Positions 32,289 through 42,819 of a DNA stretch of 64,000 nucleotides are shown here, piece after piece; position 1 is the stretch's first letter; each line of letters opens with the position of its first letter. The notes below the pieces were generated by a model. The model was given only the letters and a program-made list of their open reading frames with translations. It made no database searches and was not told the origin of the DNA. Source of the stretch: an uncultured Acidimicrobiales bacterium (GTDB lineage: Bacteria > Actinomycetota > Acidimicrobiia > Acidimicrobiales > UBA10347); NCBI GenBank assembly GCA_943788915.1, contig CALSSD010000003.1:136663-200662 (forward strand), written 5' to 3'. The position numbers were made by a program, and so were the translations under genes.

Positions 32289-33470
32289 ATGGACCTCGCT
32301 GACATCGGAACCGAACTTATCGAAGCTGCCCAAGGGGTGCAGGACCACACGGTCGAACTCCGCCGGGCCATTCATGCTGACCCTGAGCTCGGGCTTGATC
32401 TACCCAAGACCCAGAAGAAGATTCTCGAGGCACTCGATGGCCTCGGCCTCGACATCACAACTGGCGAGGCGTTGACCTCGGTGGTCGCTGACCTCGACAC
32501 TGGCAAACCCGGCCCGACAATCCTGCTGCGGGGCGACATGGACGCGTTGCCGCTGCAAGAAGATCTCGATGTTGCCTGGCGTTCACAAAACGAACAGATG
32601 ATGCATGCCTGCGGCCACGATGCCCATGTGGCCATGTTGCTCAGCGCCGCCCGGCTGCTGTCGGAGAACAAGTCGGAACTGACCGGCAAGATCCGGTTCA
32701 TGTTCCAGCCGGGCGAAGAGGGTTACCACGGCGCCAAGTACATGATTGAAGAGGGCGTGCTCGATGGCGTCGACCGCGCCTTCGCCATCCACGTGTTCAC
32801 CCAGATGCGCAGCGGCCATTTCTTCAGCCGAGGCGGCGCTCTTATGGCCAGTGCTGACCGATTCGAGATCACCATCAATGGTTCTGGCGGCCATGCGTCG
32901 ATGCCACACGGCTGTGTCGATCCCATTCCAGCCGCGGCGTCGACCGTGCTCGGGCTTCATGCAATGGTGGGTCGCACGACCCCTGCCTCCGAAGCTGCCG
33001 TGCTCACCGTCTCCCATCTCGAAGCCGGCACGACCAACAACATCATCCCTCACAACGCATTCATGGAGGGCACCATCCGCACCCTCAACGAAGATGTGCG
33101 ATCAACGCTGCACACCAACCTCATGAACGTGGCCAATCACAATGCCCAGGCCCACAACTGCTCGTGTAATGCCGAGATCATCGCTGGTTACCCAGTGACC
33201 ATCAACAACGAGGAAGAAGTCCAACGAGCAGCCGCTGTCGCCGAAGCCGTCGTTGGCGAAGGTTCCTTCCACATCATGCGAGAAGCAGTGATGGGTGCCG
33301 AGGACTGGAGCTACGTGCTCAACAAGGTTCCTGGCTCCATGGCGTTCCTGGGTGTGTGCGCACCAGACCTGACGCCCGAAGAGGCAGCGCCCAACCATTC
33401 AAACCTGATGACCATCGACGAAGACGCCATGGTCCAAGGTGTAGCTATGTACGCCGCCATGGCGATGTAG
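32289..33470 (+). CDS. M20D family amidohydrolase
   Basis: RGDMDALP, MHACGHDAH, FQPGEEG, GGHAS, AEDW, NH. Confidence 0.95.
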   Translation: MDLADIGTELIEAAQGVQDHTVELRRAIHADPELGLDLPKTQKKILEALDGLGLDITTGEALTSVVADLDTGKPGPTILLRGDMDALPLQEDLDVAWRSQNEQMMHACGHDAHVAMLLSAARLLSENKSELTGKIRFMFQPGEEGYHGAKYMIEEGVLDGVDRAFAIHVFTQMRSGHFFSRGGALMASADRFEITINGSGGHASMPHGCVDPIPAAASTVLGLHAMVGRTTPASEAAVLTVSHLEAGTTNNIIPHNAFMEGTIRTLNEDVRSTLHTNLMNVANHNAQAHNCSCNAEIIAGYPVTINNEEEVQRAAAVAEAVVGEGSFHIMREAVMGAEDWSYVLNKVPGSMAFLGVCAPDLTPEEAAPNHSNLMTIDEDAMVQGVAMYAAMAM

Positions 33471-33571
33471 CAGCGCCGTCACCCCTCCTCGAAAGACCCT
33501 CGTCTATAAAAAGACACTGGCAAATCAGGGTGGGCAGACCGTGTCGGTTCGATAAGGTTCAAGCTCCACAA

Positions 33572-33654
33572 GGGTCAGTGCCCGAGCGGCCAAAGGGAAC
33601 GGGCTGTAAACCCGTCGTGATTTCACTTCGGAGGTTCAAATCCTCCCTGGCCCA
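33572..33654 (+). tRNA. tRNA-Tyr (GTA)
   Basis: GGGTCAG...CTGGCCC-A; anticodon arm ACGGG-CTGTAAA-CCCGT; long variable arm. Confidence 0.95.
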
Positions 33655-33668
33655 CACTTGTGAACAAT

Positions 33669-33699
33669 CGCCCGGCTTCGGCCGGGCGTTTGTCGTTTT
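33669..33699 (+). terminator. Intrinsic terminator after tRNA-Tyr
   Basis: cgcccggc-ttcg-gccgggcg followed by a T-rich tract. Confidence 0.85.
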
Positions 33700-33737
33700 G
33701 ACGCATCCGGCTGACGTGTTGTCCTTCTTGGCGTCGA

Positions 33738-33998
33738 CTAGTCGTTGGGGTTCAGGTCATAGGCCTTTTGTGCACCAGGTCCAATATCGGCGTCGATGAC
33801 CCTTGGTGGCATACCGATGTTAAATCCCTGGATCAGCGGCAAGTTGCCAACGTAGATGCGCTTTGCAAACCCTTCAACCTCGCCTTCGCCTGTTTCGGCG
33901 CCTAGCAACGCACCAAATGCGGCCCTCTCTTCTTCGTTGAGCGCAAGCGAATTCAATTTCTCTGCGAGCGATTCCAACACTTCGTTCTGTTCATCCAT
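33738..33998 (-). CDS. Small acidic protein (86 aa), precursor-peptide-like
   Basis: GGGGAG just before ATG 33998; helical N-half, GEVEGF, then KRIYVGNLP. Confidence 0.65.
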   Translation of the reverse strand: MDEQNEVLESLAEKLNSLALNEEERAAFGALLGAETGEGEVEGFAKRIYVGNLPLIQGFNIGMPPRVIDADIGPGAQKAYDLNPND

Positions 33999-34108
33999 CA
34001 CTCCCCGACGGGCAGGATGCACAACCGTTACACCCAGACTTCGACGGCGTTCCCCGTTCGGCTCCACTTGATTGACGGCATACGCATGAACGATCGCCGA
34101 ACTCAGGC

Positions 34109-34290
34109 CGGGTCCTTGTCGGTGACAGTCCTGCTGCGCTGCAACGGCCAGCCGAGCAAGCGCTACTCCAAGCCGCAGCAGACGAGATCCCTGATGTGTC
34201 CGGCTTCGGCAGCTCTTTCTTAAAGCTCGGCGACATCGGCGAGACCGAAAAGAATCTCGCTTCGATCACACAGAGTTCGGCCTCGTTTTC
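34109..34290 (+). pseudogene. Possible degraded paralog of the 33738-33998 small protein
   Basis: Frame reads AEQALLQAAADEIPDVSGFGSSFLKLGDIGE; no in-frame ATG/GTG/TTG upstream of the motif. Confidence 0.35.
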
Positions 34291-34359
34291 TCGATGCCGC
34301 CAACTACTACCGCTACGAGCTCACAGACTGACAGCACCCAAGCAGCAAGCAGACAACCG

Positions 34360-36006
34360 TCAACGTCGCGTCGCGGCACAGAACCCGTTGCGGGAGGTCA
34401 GGCGGTACCACGCTTCGCCTCGACATGACCCACGATGGGAGCGCTCAGCCCTAACTGACAGGAGCGCACCGCGGGCGTCGTCGGTGGCCAACATCATGGC
34501 ATCGAGCAGGCGTTCGTTCGCCTGCGCCGTGGCCGCCGGATCGCTGTGGCTCAGTTCGTGGATCTCGTCGGGATCCGATGGAAGATCAAACAACATCGTC
34601 TCTCCCGAGCTATAGCGGGTGTATTTCATGCCGTCGTCGGCCACGATCGTACGGATGCGATGCGGTATCCCTAATGCGGCCGAGGTCTTCGGGCGCAGGT
34701 CATCCTCGATCAGCACATGATCTCGAACCGATTCTGCCGGATCGTCCATGACCGGCACGAGCGATCGGCCCTGCACACCATCGTGTGGCGGGACCTGGCA
34801 GAGATCCATGAGCGTTGGGCCCAGGTCAATGCTGCTCGAGAGCGACGTGGCGCGCCCTGGGGCTCGCCGAGGATCGGCAACAACCATCGATACGTGCTGC
34901 GTGCCGGTGAACGGCAGGAAACCTTTGAGCATGAGGCCGTGGTCGCCCATCATGTCACCATGGTCAGATGTGAACACGACGATCGTGTTATCAAGCTGGC
35001 CGAGCCGCTCGATCGCAGCGATCATTCGACCAACACCCTCGTCGATGAACTCGATCATGCCGTACGTGGCGGCGATGCACTCGCGCATCAGTTCGTGGTC
35101 GGTAGCGCCGCACGTGGCGACCCACATCCGCTGCTCCGTCGGCGGCCGTTGCTGTGTCGCTCGCAGGTACGCCGGCGCATGTTCTAGGGGATCGCTGATC
35201 GACGCTGGCAGTTCCATATCGGCTGGGTCGTATTTGTCGAACCACTCCCCTGGCGGAGTCATAGGATGATGAGGATCGGGAAACGACGCCCACGCATACC
35301 AGGGTTCATCGGCGGCGGCTGCGTCCTCGATGAACGCGATCGTCTGCTGCGTCACGAAGTTCGTGCTGTGGAGCTCAGGGTCGTAGGGCGGCTCATACAC
35401 CTGCCACCAACGATCCGAGCGTCGTCGCGCCGGAGCCTCATCGCTATACGGCACAACCAGGTCCTCGTACCGAGCACCCTTATTCAGCGCCCAATGCAGA
35501 TGGTGGCCGGTGACTCTGGCGCCATGGTCGATCGCAAGTTCAACATGCCCGAATCCGTAGAAGTCGTCCGGCCACTCGGGCAACTCTGCGCCGTAACGCT
35601 CGAAGTGCTCAAGCTCATCCCACCCAGCCGCGTAGCCATGGTCGACGGTTGCAGCGGTCTCGACGGGGAACACTGAATTTCGGCTCATGCCGTGCTGCAG
35701 ATGCGACTTGCCGATCAAGCCGGTGCGGTAACCCTGCTTCCTGAATTGACGCACGTGGGTTCCAGCGCCCCATTCGAGTGATCGGTCGTTGAACACCACA
35801 CCGTGCACACTCGGCATCCGGCTTGTCATGATCGATGAACGGTTCGGCATACACACCGGATTCGCCACCCACGCGTTCTCGAATACCGTTCCTCGTTCGG
35901 CGAGCGCGTCAAGGTTGGGCGTCCGCACAACCGGGTTCCCCATGAAACCCGCATGATCAGCTCGCTGCTGATCGGTGATGATGAACAGGACGTTGGGCCT
36001 GGACAT
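34360..36006 (-). CDS. Cys-type sulfatase (cytoplasmic)
   Basis: RPNVLFIITDQQRAD, CMPNR (CxPxR), GKSHL, DPHHP, SDHGD; C-terminal end uncertain. Confidence 0.93.
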   Translation of the reverse strand: MSRPNVLFIITDQQRADHAGFMGNPVVRTPNLDALAERGTVFENAWVANPVCMPNRSSIMTSRMPSVHGVVFNDRSLEWGAGTHVRQFRKQGYRTGLIGKSHLQHGMSRNSVFPVETAATVDHGYAAGWDELEHFERYGAELPEWPDDFYGFGHVELAIDHGARVTGHHLHWALNKGARYEDLVVPYSDEAPARRRSDRWWQVYEPPYDPELHSTNFVTQQTIAFIEDAAAADEPWYAWASFPDPHHPMTPPGEWFDKYDPADMELPASISDPLEHAPAYLRATQQRPPTEQRMWVATCGATDHELMRECIAATYGMIEFIDEGVGRMIAAIERLGQLDNTIVVFTSDHGDMMGDHGLMLKGFLPFTGTQHVSMVVADPRRAPGRATSLSSSIDLGPTLMDLCQVPPHDGVQGRSLVPVMDDPAESVRDHVLIEDDLRPKTSAALGIPHRIRTIVADDGMKYTRYSSGETMLFDLPSDPDEIHELSHSDPAATAQANERLLDAMMLATDDARGALLSVRAERSHRGSCRGEAWYRLTSRNGFCAATRR

Positions 36007-36101
36007 GAGGTGGCAGCCGCTCCTTCGCTCACAACCAGTGGCGCACATCGTTGTGTTTGCAGCAGCAATCAGGCGACCCTCGACATGGCTAGTCTGGTGC
36101 C

Positions 36102-36590
36102 ATGCCAACCTTTGACGTGACATCTGAAGTCGACATGCAGGAAGTCCGCAATGCGGTCGATCAGGCCAGCCGAGAGATCGTCGCCCGATTCGATTTCAAG
36201 GGCACAGACTCCTCGGTCGAACTGAGTGAGGATTCGATCGCGCTCAACTCATCCAACGAAGACAGGCTGACTGCGCTGCGGCAGGTGCTTCAGGAGAAGC
36301 TCGTCAAACGCAGCGTCTCGCTGAAGGCGCTCGACTACGGCGATGTCGAGGAAGCCTCTGGCGGCCGGGCTCGCCAACACGTCGCCCTCAGTGCTGGGAT
36401 CTCCAGCGACAAAGCCAAGGAACTGAACAAGTTCATCAAAGCCCTCGGCATCAAGGGCATCCAGAGCTCCACCCAAGGTGATCAGCTTCGAGTTAACGGT
36501 AAGAAGCGCGATTCCTTACAAGAAGTCATGCAGGCAATCAAAGAGCACGATTTCGACATCCCGCTGCAGTTCGGCAACTTTCGCGACTGA
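36102..36590 (+). CDS. yajQ: YajQ family nucleotide-binding protein
   Basis: MPTFDVTSEVDMQEVRNAVDQ, RFDFKG, QGDQLRVNGKKRDSLQ, LQFGNFRD. Confidence 0.97.
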   Translation: MPTFDVTSEVDMQEVRNAVDQASREIVARFDFKGTDSSVELSEDSIALNSSNEDRLTALRQVLQEKLVKRSVSLKALDYGDVEEASGGRARQHVALSAGISSDKAKELNKFIKALGIKGIQSSTQGDQLRVNGKKRDSLQEVMQAIKEHDFDIPLQFGNFRD

Positions 36591-36719
36591 GTGCGCCAGC
36601 CAGCACAGCTGGTTATCAGCTGCGACTCGTTGCAGGGATTGTGCCTACCCCTACGGCTGCTCACAAATATCCTGCGCGCGCCGCCACTCCAACCCCATAA
36701 CCAAGTACTTTTGCGGGCG

Positions 36720-38771
36720 ATGTATGCCATCGCCAGGCGATTCCTAGTCTCGCTAGCCCTCGCCTTCTTTGTGTTATCTCTTGGCGGGTTTGCCATCCTC
36801 AGTGGCATCGCGGCCTTCGTCCCTGCGGCGTCTGCCCAGGCGCCACTGCAGGTGCAACTGTTCGAAAACCCGTTTCTGTGTGATGCAATCGTGCGCCCGC
36901 TCGGAGTTGTGACCGGCTTCGCCCCTGGTGAAGCTGTCGAATTCTCGGCACCCGAGCTCAACGGCGTGTTCTCACGACGGGTCGCTGACAGTTCCGGTAG
37001 CGTCGAGATGCGGTGGAACTGTGGCGGTCCACAAACTTGGTCGGTCACTATTCGTGGTCTTAGCTCTGGCGCCAGCACCAACTTCGTCCTGACCGGAAAT
37101 GCTGCTCCAGCGCCGCCCGCTGCTCCGGTCGGTGCAGCATTCGACGCCAGGAGCGCCATGACCGCTGCCGAGATGGCCATCTGGAAAGACTTCTCCCCGT
37201 TCGACACCGTGGGTGTGTACATCGGGGTCAACAGCTCATGGGACAATCGGGCCGACAAGGTCCAGTCAAACCTCACCGCCTCCTGGGTCAGTCAGGTGTT
37301 CGCCGACGGATGGCGCCTGATACCGATCTACGTTGGGTTCCAGGCGCCAGATCAGTGCGCCACCGCCCGCTTCGAGGGGCTCTCGATGGACGTTGCTACC
37401 GCCCGCAATCAGGGCCTCGCTTCTGCAACCGACGCCGTCGAATCGGTAACCCGTCTGGGAATCGGCCCCGGAAACCCCATCTATTACGACATGGAGGCGT
37501 ATCGCCCCGGCTGCGCCCAGGCAGTCCTTGCGTTCCTTGATGGATGGACCGAAGGTATCCATAGTGCCGGGTATCTGTCGGGCGTCTACGGATCAAGGTC
37601 ATCGACGATGTGGGACCTAAGCCGAACGCTCGGCCAGCCCGGATTCGACGCACCCGATGCTGTCTGGGTCTCGACCGGCAACGGCCGCAGCGATGCCTAC
37701 GGCCTCGAGATTCCTTCCGACAGTCAATGGGCCAACGCTCGTATCCATCAATATCGTTTGAACGTGACCCGAACCTATGGCGGTGTCACCCGTGAAATCG
37801 ACGAAAACGTGGGGCAGGCCCCACTCGCCGGTCCCGGTCAGGTCGTCGCAGCACCTGTCACCGGCAGCAGTGATCAAGATGGCGACGGCGTCACCGACCC
37901 TCAGCCGGACAACTGCGACTCGGTGGCCAACCCCGACCAGGCCGATCTGGACCGCGACGGCGACGGCGACGCCTGCGACCGCGACATCGACGGCGACGGA
38001 GCTGACAATGTTGTCGACTTCGCTCCGACCGATCCGACAATAAAGACTGCCCCCACCGCGGTGGCCCCTAATCCCACTCCCCAGGCCACAGCAGAACCGA
38101 CGCCTATCGCTACGCCAGAGGTCAGCGATATTGACGGCGACGGATTCGCTGACCCTGACCCCGACAACTGTGATCTGATCGCTAACCCCGACCAGGCCGA
38201 TCTGGATGGCGATGGCGACGGCGACGTGTGTGATATCGATATCGATGGCGACGGCGTGCCCAACGACGCCGACCAGGAAGCTCATGACCCGCTCATTGGA
38301 GCGCTGCCCACGCCAGTGCCCCAATCCACAGCAGCCCCAACCGCCGAGCCAGAAGCAGAACCAGCGGCAGGAACCGCCCAAAACACCGAGAACACCGACG
38401 CCGACCCGGCGCCCACAGCGAGTGTCGCGTCAGTTCCTGCAGCCGCACCCACACCAATGCCACAAGTTGTGGTCCTGCCAACACCACCTCCGACTGCGTC
38501 GCCTGAAGTCCCGGCCGCCGAGACGATCACCGCCCCGGTTGGCGCCGACATAGAAGAACCTTCTCTTACCCCACTGCCCGACCCGACTACAGAGGCAGCA
38601 GCCGCACCCGACGAAGGCATCGAACTCGTCAACGAGAACGTCACCATCACACTCACAGATGAAGCATCGGTTCTGCCCTTCACTATTGCTGGACTAAGCC
38701 TGTTCTCGCTGTTCTGTGTCGGCATGGGCGTGCGTTCGCTCCGACGCGGCCGAGGCTTTGCCGGGCTCTAA
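36720..38771 (+). CDS. Surface-anchored DUF1906 (Rv2525c-like) glycoside hydrolase with thrombospondin type-3 repeats
   Basis: Signal peptide; VGVYIG, NLTASWV, LIPIYVG.QAP, IYYDMEAY, GVYGS, RIHQY; DNCD..ANPDQADLDxDGDGD.CD twice; Pro/Thr stalk; C-terminal TM plus RRGR. Confidence 0.85.
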   Translation: MYAIARRFLVSLALAFFVLSLGGFAILSGIAAFVPAASAQAPLQVQLFENPFLCDAIVRPLGVVTGFAPGEAVEFSAPELNGVFSRRVADSSGSVEMRWNCGGPQTWSVTIRGLSSGASTNFVLTGNAAPAPPAAPVGAAFDARSAMTAAEMAIWKDFSPFDTVGVYIGVNSSWDNRADKVQSNLTASWVSQVFADGWRLIPIYVGFQAPDQCATARFEGLSMDVATARNQGLASATDAVESVTRLGIGPGNPIYYDMEAYRPGCAQAVLAFLDGWTEGIHSAGYLSGVYGSRSSTMWDLSRTLGQPGFDAPDAVWVSTGNGRSDAYGLEIPSDSQWANARIHQYRLNVTRTYGGVTREIDENVGQAPLAGPGQVVAAPVTGSSDQDGDGVTDPQPDNCDSVANPDQADLDRDGDGDACDRDIDGDGADNVVDFAPTDPTIKTAPTAVAPNPTPQATAEPTPIATPEVSDIDGDGFADPDPDNCDLIANPDQADLDGDGDGDVCDIDIDGDGVPNDADQEAHDPLIGALPTPVPQSTAAPTAEPEAEPAAGTAQNTENTDADPAPTASVASVPAAAPTPMPQVVVLPTPPPTASPEVPAAETITAPVGADIEEPSLTPLPDPTTEAAAAPDEGIELVNENVTITLTDEASVLPFTIAGLSLFSLFCVGMGVRSLRRGRGFAGL

Positions 38772-38798
38772 CGGTTTCCCAGCCAGCCGTACCGCTGG

Positions 38799-40896
38799 CT
38801 AACGGGTGCGAAGGGCAAACGGAAGAACGGGCCCGGTTCCTGCTTTCACCAAGCGGTGAGTAGCAACAGTAATCGTCCACCGACTGTCGACTTCGTCGTC
38901 GATGAGTAGAACCGGGCCATCGCCAATTGGGCTTGGTGGCAACATCGACGGGTCGACCCGTAACCGGTGCCAGACGTTTACTACCTGGTGGGCGGAGTTC
39001 GCCTGGGCCGCTTGAAACTGGTCTTCGGGCGCCAGATCAGAGGATTCGGCAACGAGTGCACGGTGCACCGGCAGCTTGCCCAAGGTGCCGATCGCGTCGG
39101 CGACGGCATCGATAAGCGGCTGCGAACGCCGAGATGGCATCGGACAGATCCAGGTAGGCCGAGCCGACCAATCCCACCGCTTGAGCACCCCGGCACACGC
39201 TCGCACCATGTCTTCGGTGAGCTCAAACGGATGGCCGTTGCGGGCAAGCGTGAACAGACCTTCGACAACCGGGTCCCAGCCACCGTCGCCGAGGCGGGCC
39301 AACGCCCGACCATCCTGGGCTTGTGATTCAGCGGCGATACGCCCTTTGGGCGCCTCGAGACGTGTTGGCCATTGTTTACGGGGTGTGATCAGTACGTCGC
39401 CGCCCTGCAGATAGCTTGCCGCCTTGGCTACCAAAATGGGATCAGGGTCCGACTGCCAGGTGTGGTCGGTGCACCGGTCGCACCGACCACAGTCGGTTGC
39501 TTGCGCATCGTCGAGGGACTCGCGGAGGTACCGCAACCGGCAGGTGTCAAGCTTGGCCCAAGCCAGCATCTCTTGGCCCTCGGCGCGGCGAAGTTCACGA
39601 AGTGTGGTCGCAATGTCGTGGTTGTATACCCACGGGAAGTCGGATCGGATCCACCCTGAACCAACACGTTCGACCGCACCGTCGACTTCGAGAATGTTCA
39701 TCAGCGTGGAGAGTCGACTGCGACCCAGGTTTACATAACGTTCGAGATCGGCGATACCCGTTGGCTCGAACGGGTTGAGTTGATCAAGGGTGGTGATGCA
39801 CAGTTCCTCGCTTGGCATCGACACTGACTCGAACCAGCTCCAAATCCGAGCATCCTCGGTCGGGCGTGGAACTGCAATTGCTTCGGCACGGGGAATGTTG
39901 CGACCAGCGCGACCGATTTGTTGGTAGTACGCAACCGGTGTCGGAGGCAGCCCAAGGTGCACACAAAACGCCAGGTCGCCTTTGTCGAATCCCATACCCA
40001 ATGCGCTGGTCGCCACAAGTGCCTTGATCCGATTCTCTCGCAGGTCCGTTTCAAGTCGCAGTCGAACATCGGGATCGACCTGCCCGGTGTAGGCGCCAAC
40101 CTCGTGCCCTTGAGAACGAAGCCAATCAGCTGTCTCATGGGCTTGTGCGACCGTGAGCGTGTACACGATCCCCGACCCATCGAGCTTGGGCAGGGTCTCG
40201 GCCAACCAGGCCAGCCGGTGGGCATCGTTTGGAAGGTCGACAGTCGAAAGTCGCAACGATTCGCGGTCGAGCGTGGTCCGCAGGACCAGGCTGTTGTCGC
40301 CTAATTGGGCGGCGACATCGTCGGTTACCCGTTGGTTCGCGGTAGCCGTTGTGGCTAACACCGGGGTCCATGCCGGCAGATCAGCAAGAAGCTGGCGCAA
40401 CCGTCGATAGTCAGGACGGAAGTCATGACCCCAGTCGCTGATGCAGTGAGCTTCGTCGCACACCAGCATGAACGCACGTTGCCGCAACGACGAAAACACT
40501 CGACGGCGGAAACCAGGGTTCGACAGCCGTTCTGGAGCGATCAACATAAGGTCGACGGTGTCTGCCGCCACCTGGGCTTCGATTTCGTCCCACGAGTCGA
40601 TATTGGCTGAGTTAATCGTGACCGCGTTCAGCCCGAGCTTCTGTGCGGCCGCCGCCTGGTCGCGCATGAGCGCCAGCAGCGGCGACACCACGACCGTTGG
40701 GCCCCAGCCTCGTTCGCGCAACATACGGGTCGATGAGAAGTAGACAGCTGACTTGCCGAAACCGGTGCGAGCCACAAGAAGTGTGCGTTGTCTGTTCGCC
40801 ACCACAGCGGCGACAGCCTCGATCTGCTCGGGCCGAGGTTGGGCATCGGGGCCAGCGAGTCGTTGTATTACCCCGCAACGACTCTTCGATATCCAT
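38799..40896 (-). CDS. recQ: RecQ family ATP-dependent DNA helicase (apparent frameshift near 40871)
   Basis: TGFGKS, DEAHCISDWGHDFRPDY, TATA, ALGMGFDK, QQIGRAGR, Zn site CGRCDRC, C-terminal PRTase-like region. Confidence 0.92.
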
Positions 40897-41110
40897 GGCC
40901 AAAGATTGCGCAGCAACATTGCTGTAGGCCGAAGTTGCGTCTCCCCTCGTGATGTGGTGGGAAGATGTGTGGCTTGCCAGCGGTGAACGCATCGTCGGAT
41001 AGGCAACGTGTCATCCAGCTGCGATAGCCGAACCCTTCCAATGGGCGGCCGTACCACCCGTCGGTGCGCAACTTCACTGCCTTCTCTGACGGTTCATTCG
41101 TGCAACGAAC

Positions 41111-41944
41111 CTAGTTGCCACCAGACCGGGCGATAATTTCGGTGGGAGCAATCACACCGGAACCGATGGCAGCGACCAGGTTGCCAAACTTGGTCGGTGT
41201 GGCTGGGCCCATCACGAGATGGAGACCGAGCGGTGAAGACCCTTTGCTGGTCGCTGCAGCTTGGTGAGCGATACCGGCCAGGGCTGCTTCGCTCCGGTCA
41301 GTCACAACTTCGACGGTAAAACCGGCAGCGACGAGGTGGGCGACATAGTCGTCGGCTGTTTCTAGAAAGCTGGTCGTTGGTGTTGATGCCCAAGGAACCG
41401 GATAGTTGGGTCGTTCTGAACCGGTGACCAACAAGTCATAGATTCCGAAGGCTGACCCCGGCGCTAGTTGGGCTGCGATATCGGTGAATACCGCGGCCTT
41501 GTCCGAAAGGTTCATGCCGACATGCACCATCGTTGCGGCGCTGAACTCGCGTTCCTGCGCCGGCAGATCTGCGGCAGCGGCGTGCACGAACTTCACCAAT
41601 GCGCTCAATCCGACAAGCTCCGTTAGCCATCTAGCGACGTGGACGTACTCCTCGGTCACGTCGACGCCAACCACAGCAGCCCCGGTGGACGAGGCGATGT
41701 AGCGACCAGTTCCGCCGAGCCCACTTCCGATATCAAGCACCCGATCGGCTGGCCCGAGTGCGAGTTGCTCGACGAGGTGAGCGGTGGCTGGTCGGCCGCC
41801 GACATGGAACTCGTCGACCGCTCCAAGCGATGCAACGGTTGGAGGCTGACTGAGCGTGCTCAGCCCATGTTCGATCCGTTCCCGCAGTCCTCCGAAAGAA
41901 TAGTGGTCGGCAAGGTCCTTATTCCCGCTGTTCTGGGTGCTCAC
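41111..41944 (-). CDS. Class I SAM-dependent methyltransferase
   Basis: VDEFHVGGR, VLDIGSGLGG, HVGMN, YPVPWA. Confidence 0.9.
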   Translation of the reverse strand: MSTQNSGNKDLADHYSFGGLRERIEHGLSTLSQPPTVASLGAVDEFHVGGRPATAHLVEQLALGPADRVLDIGSGLGGTGRYIASSTGAAVVGVDVTEEYVHVARWLTELVGLSALVKFVHAAAADLPAQEREFSAATMVHVGMNLSDKAAVFTDIAAQLAPGSAFGIYDLLVTGSERPNYPVPWASTPTTSFLETADDYVAHLVAAGFTVEVVTDRSEAALAGIAHQAAATSKGSSPLGLHLVMGPATPTKFGNLVAAIGSGVIAPTEIIARSGGN

Positions 41945-42768
41945 CCGGCGAACATCCCACCAGCAGGAAACAGGATCTGGCCGGTGGTGTACGAGGACTG
42001 ATCGGTGGAGAGGAAAAGTGCGGTGCTGGCAATCTCATCGGTCGTGCCGAGTCGATCCATCGGGGTCATCGAACGCATCCACGCCTCGCCATCAGCGTCA
42101 GCGCCCATACGAGCGGTCATCGGTGTCTCGATAAAACCAGGTCCGATCGCATTGACCCGGATGCCGTAGTCAGCCATTTCCAGGGCGAAGGCTTTCGTCA
42201 GCATCCAGACACCGGCCTTCGACACGCAATAGTCGACGCCGCCGCGCAGCGGCACCTTGGCAGCCACTGAGGCGATATTCACGATGGTGCCCTGTATGCC
42301 GCCGTCGATCATGGCCTTGGCTGCCGCTTGGTTCACCAGCATCACACCGGTGAGGTTTACGTCCATCACCCGCTGCCAATCCTCGACGGACTGATCCAGC
42401 AGCCCCGTTGTTGCCCGAGCGTTCTTCTCACCGCTGACATACCCCGCGTGCGACAGACCAGCTGCAGCTACGACCGCATCGACTCGTCCGTACTTGTCGA
42501 GTGCGGCCTGGATCATGGCCACGTTGTCGGCTGGTGCTGCTGCGTCGAGTCGCACCGCATAGGCGGTTCCGCCAGCGGACTCGATCTCGGCTGCGGCCTC
42601 GACAGCAGCCTCGACATTGATATCGCCGAGTACGACTCGGGCGCCTTCGGCTGCAAACCGGCGAGCACACGATCGGCCGATACCGCTTGCCCCGCCGGTA
42701 ATCACCGCCACCTTGTCGCGAAGCGCTGGGCCACGTGACGCTGTGTTGTTCAATGCTATGTCTGCCAT
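41941..42768 (-). CDS. Short-chain dehydrogenase/reductase
   Basis: TGGASGIG, YCVSK (YxxxK), IRVNAIGPG. Confidence 0.95.
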   Translation of the reverse strand: MADIALNNTASRGPALRDKVAVITGGASGIGRSCARRFAAEGARVVLGDINVEAAVEAAAEIESAGGTAYAVRLDAAAPADNVAMIQAALDKYGRVDAVVAAAGLSHAGYVSGEKNARATTGLLDQSVEDWQRVMDVNLTGVMLVNQAAAKAMIDGGIQGTIVNIASVAAKVPLRGGVDYCVSKAGVWMLTKAFALEMADYGIRVNAIGPGFIETPMTARMGADADGEAWMRSMTPMDRLGTTDEIASTALFLSTDQSSYTTGQILFPAGGMFAG

Positions 42769-42819
42769 CTCTGCTCCTCGTTGTGAGGACCATCTTGGCA
42801 GCTGTCTGCGTGCAGCGAC

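Noticed and set aside
33738..33998. RRM RNA-binding protein
   Set aside because: Only the RNP2-like hexapeptide is present; no RNP1 and too little sequence after it
33572..36100. Integrative element at tRNA-Tyr
   Set aside because: No integrase and no duplicated tRNA 3-prime end noticed
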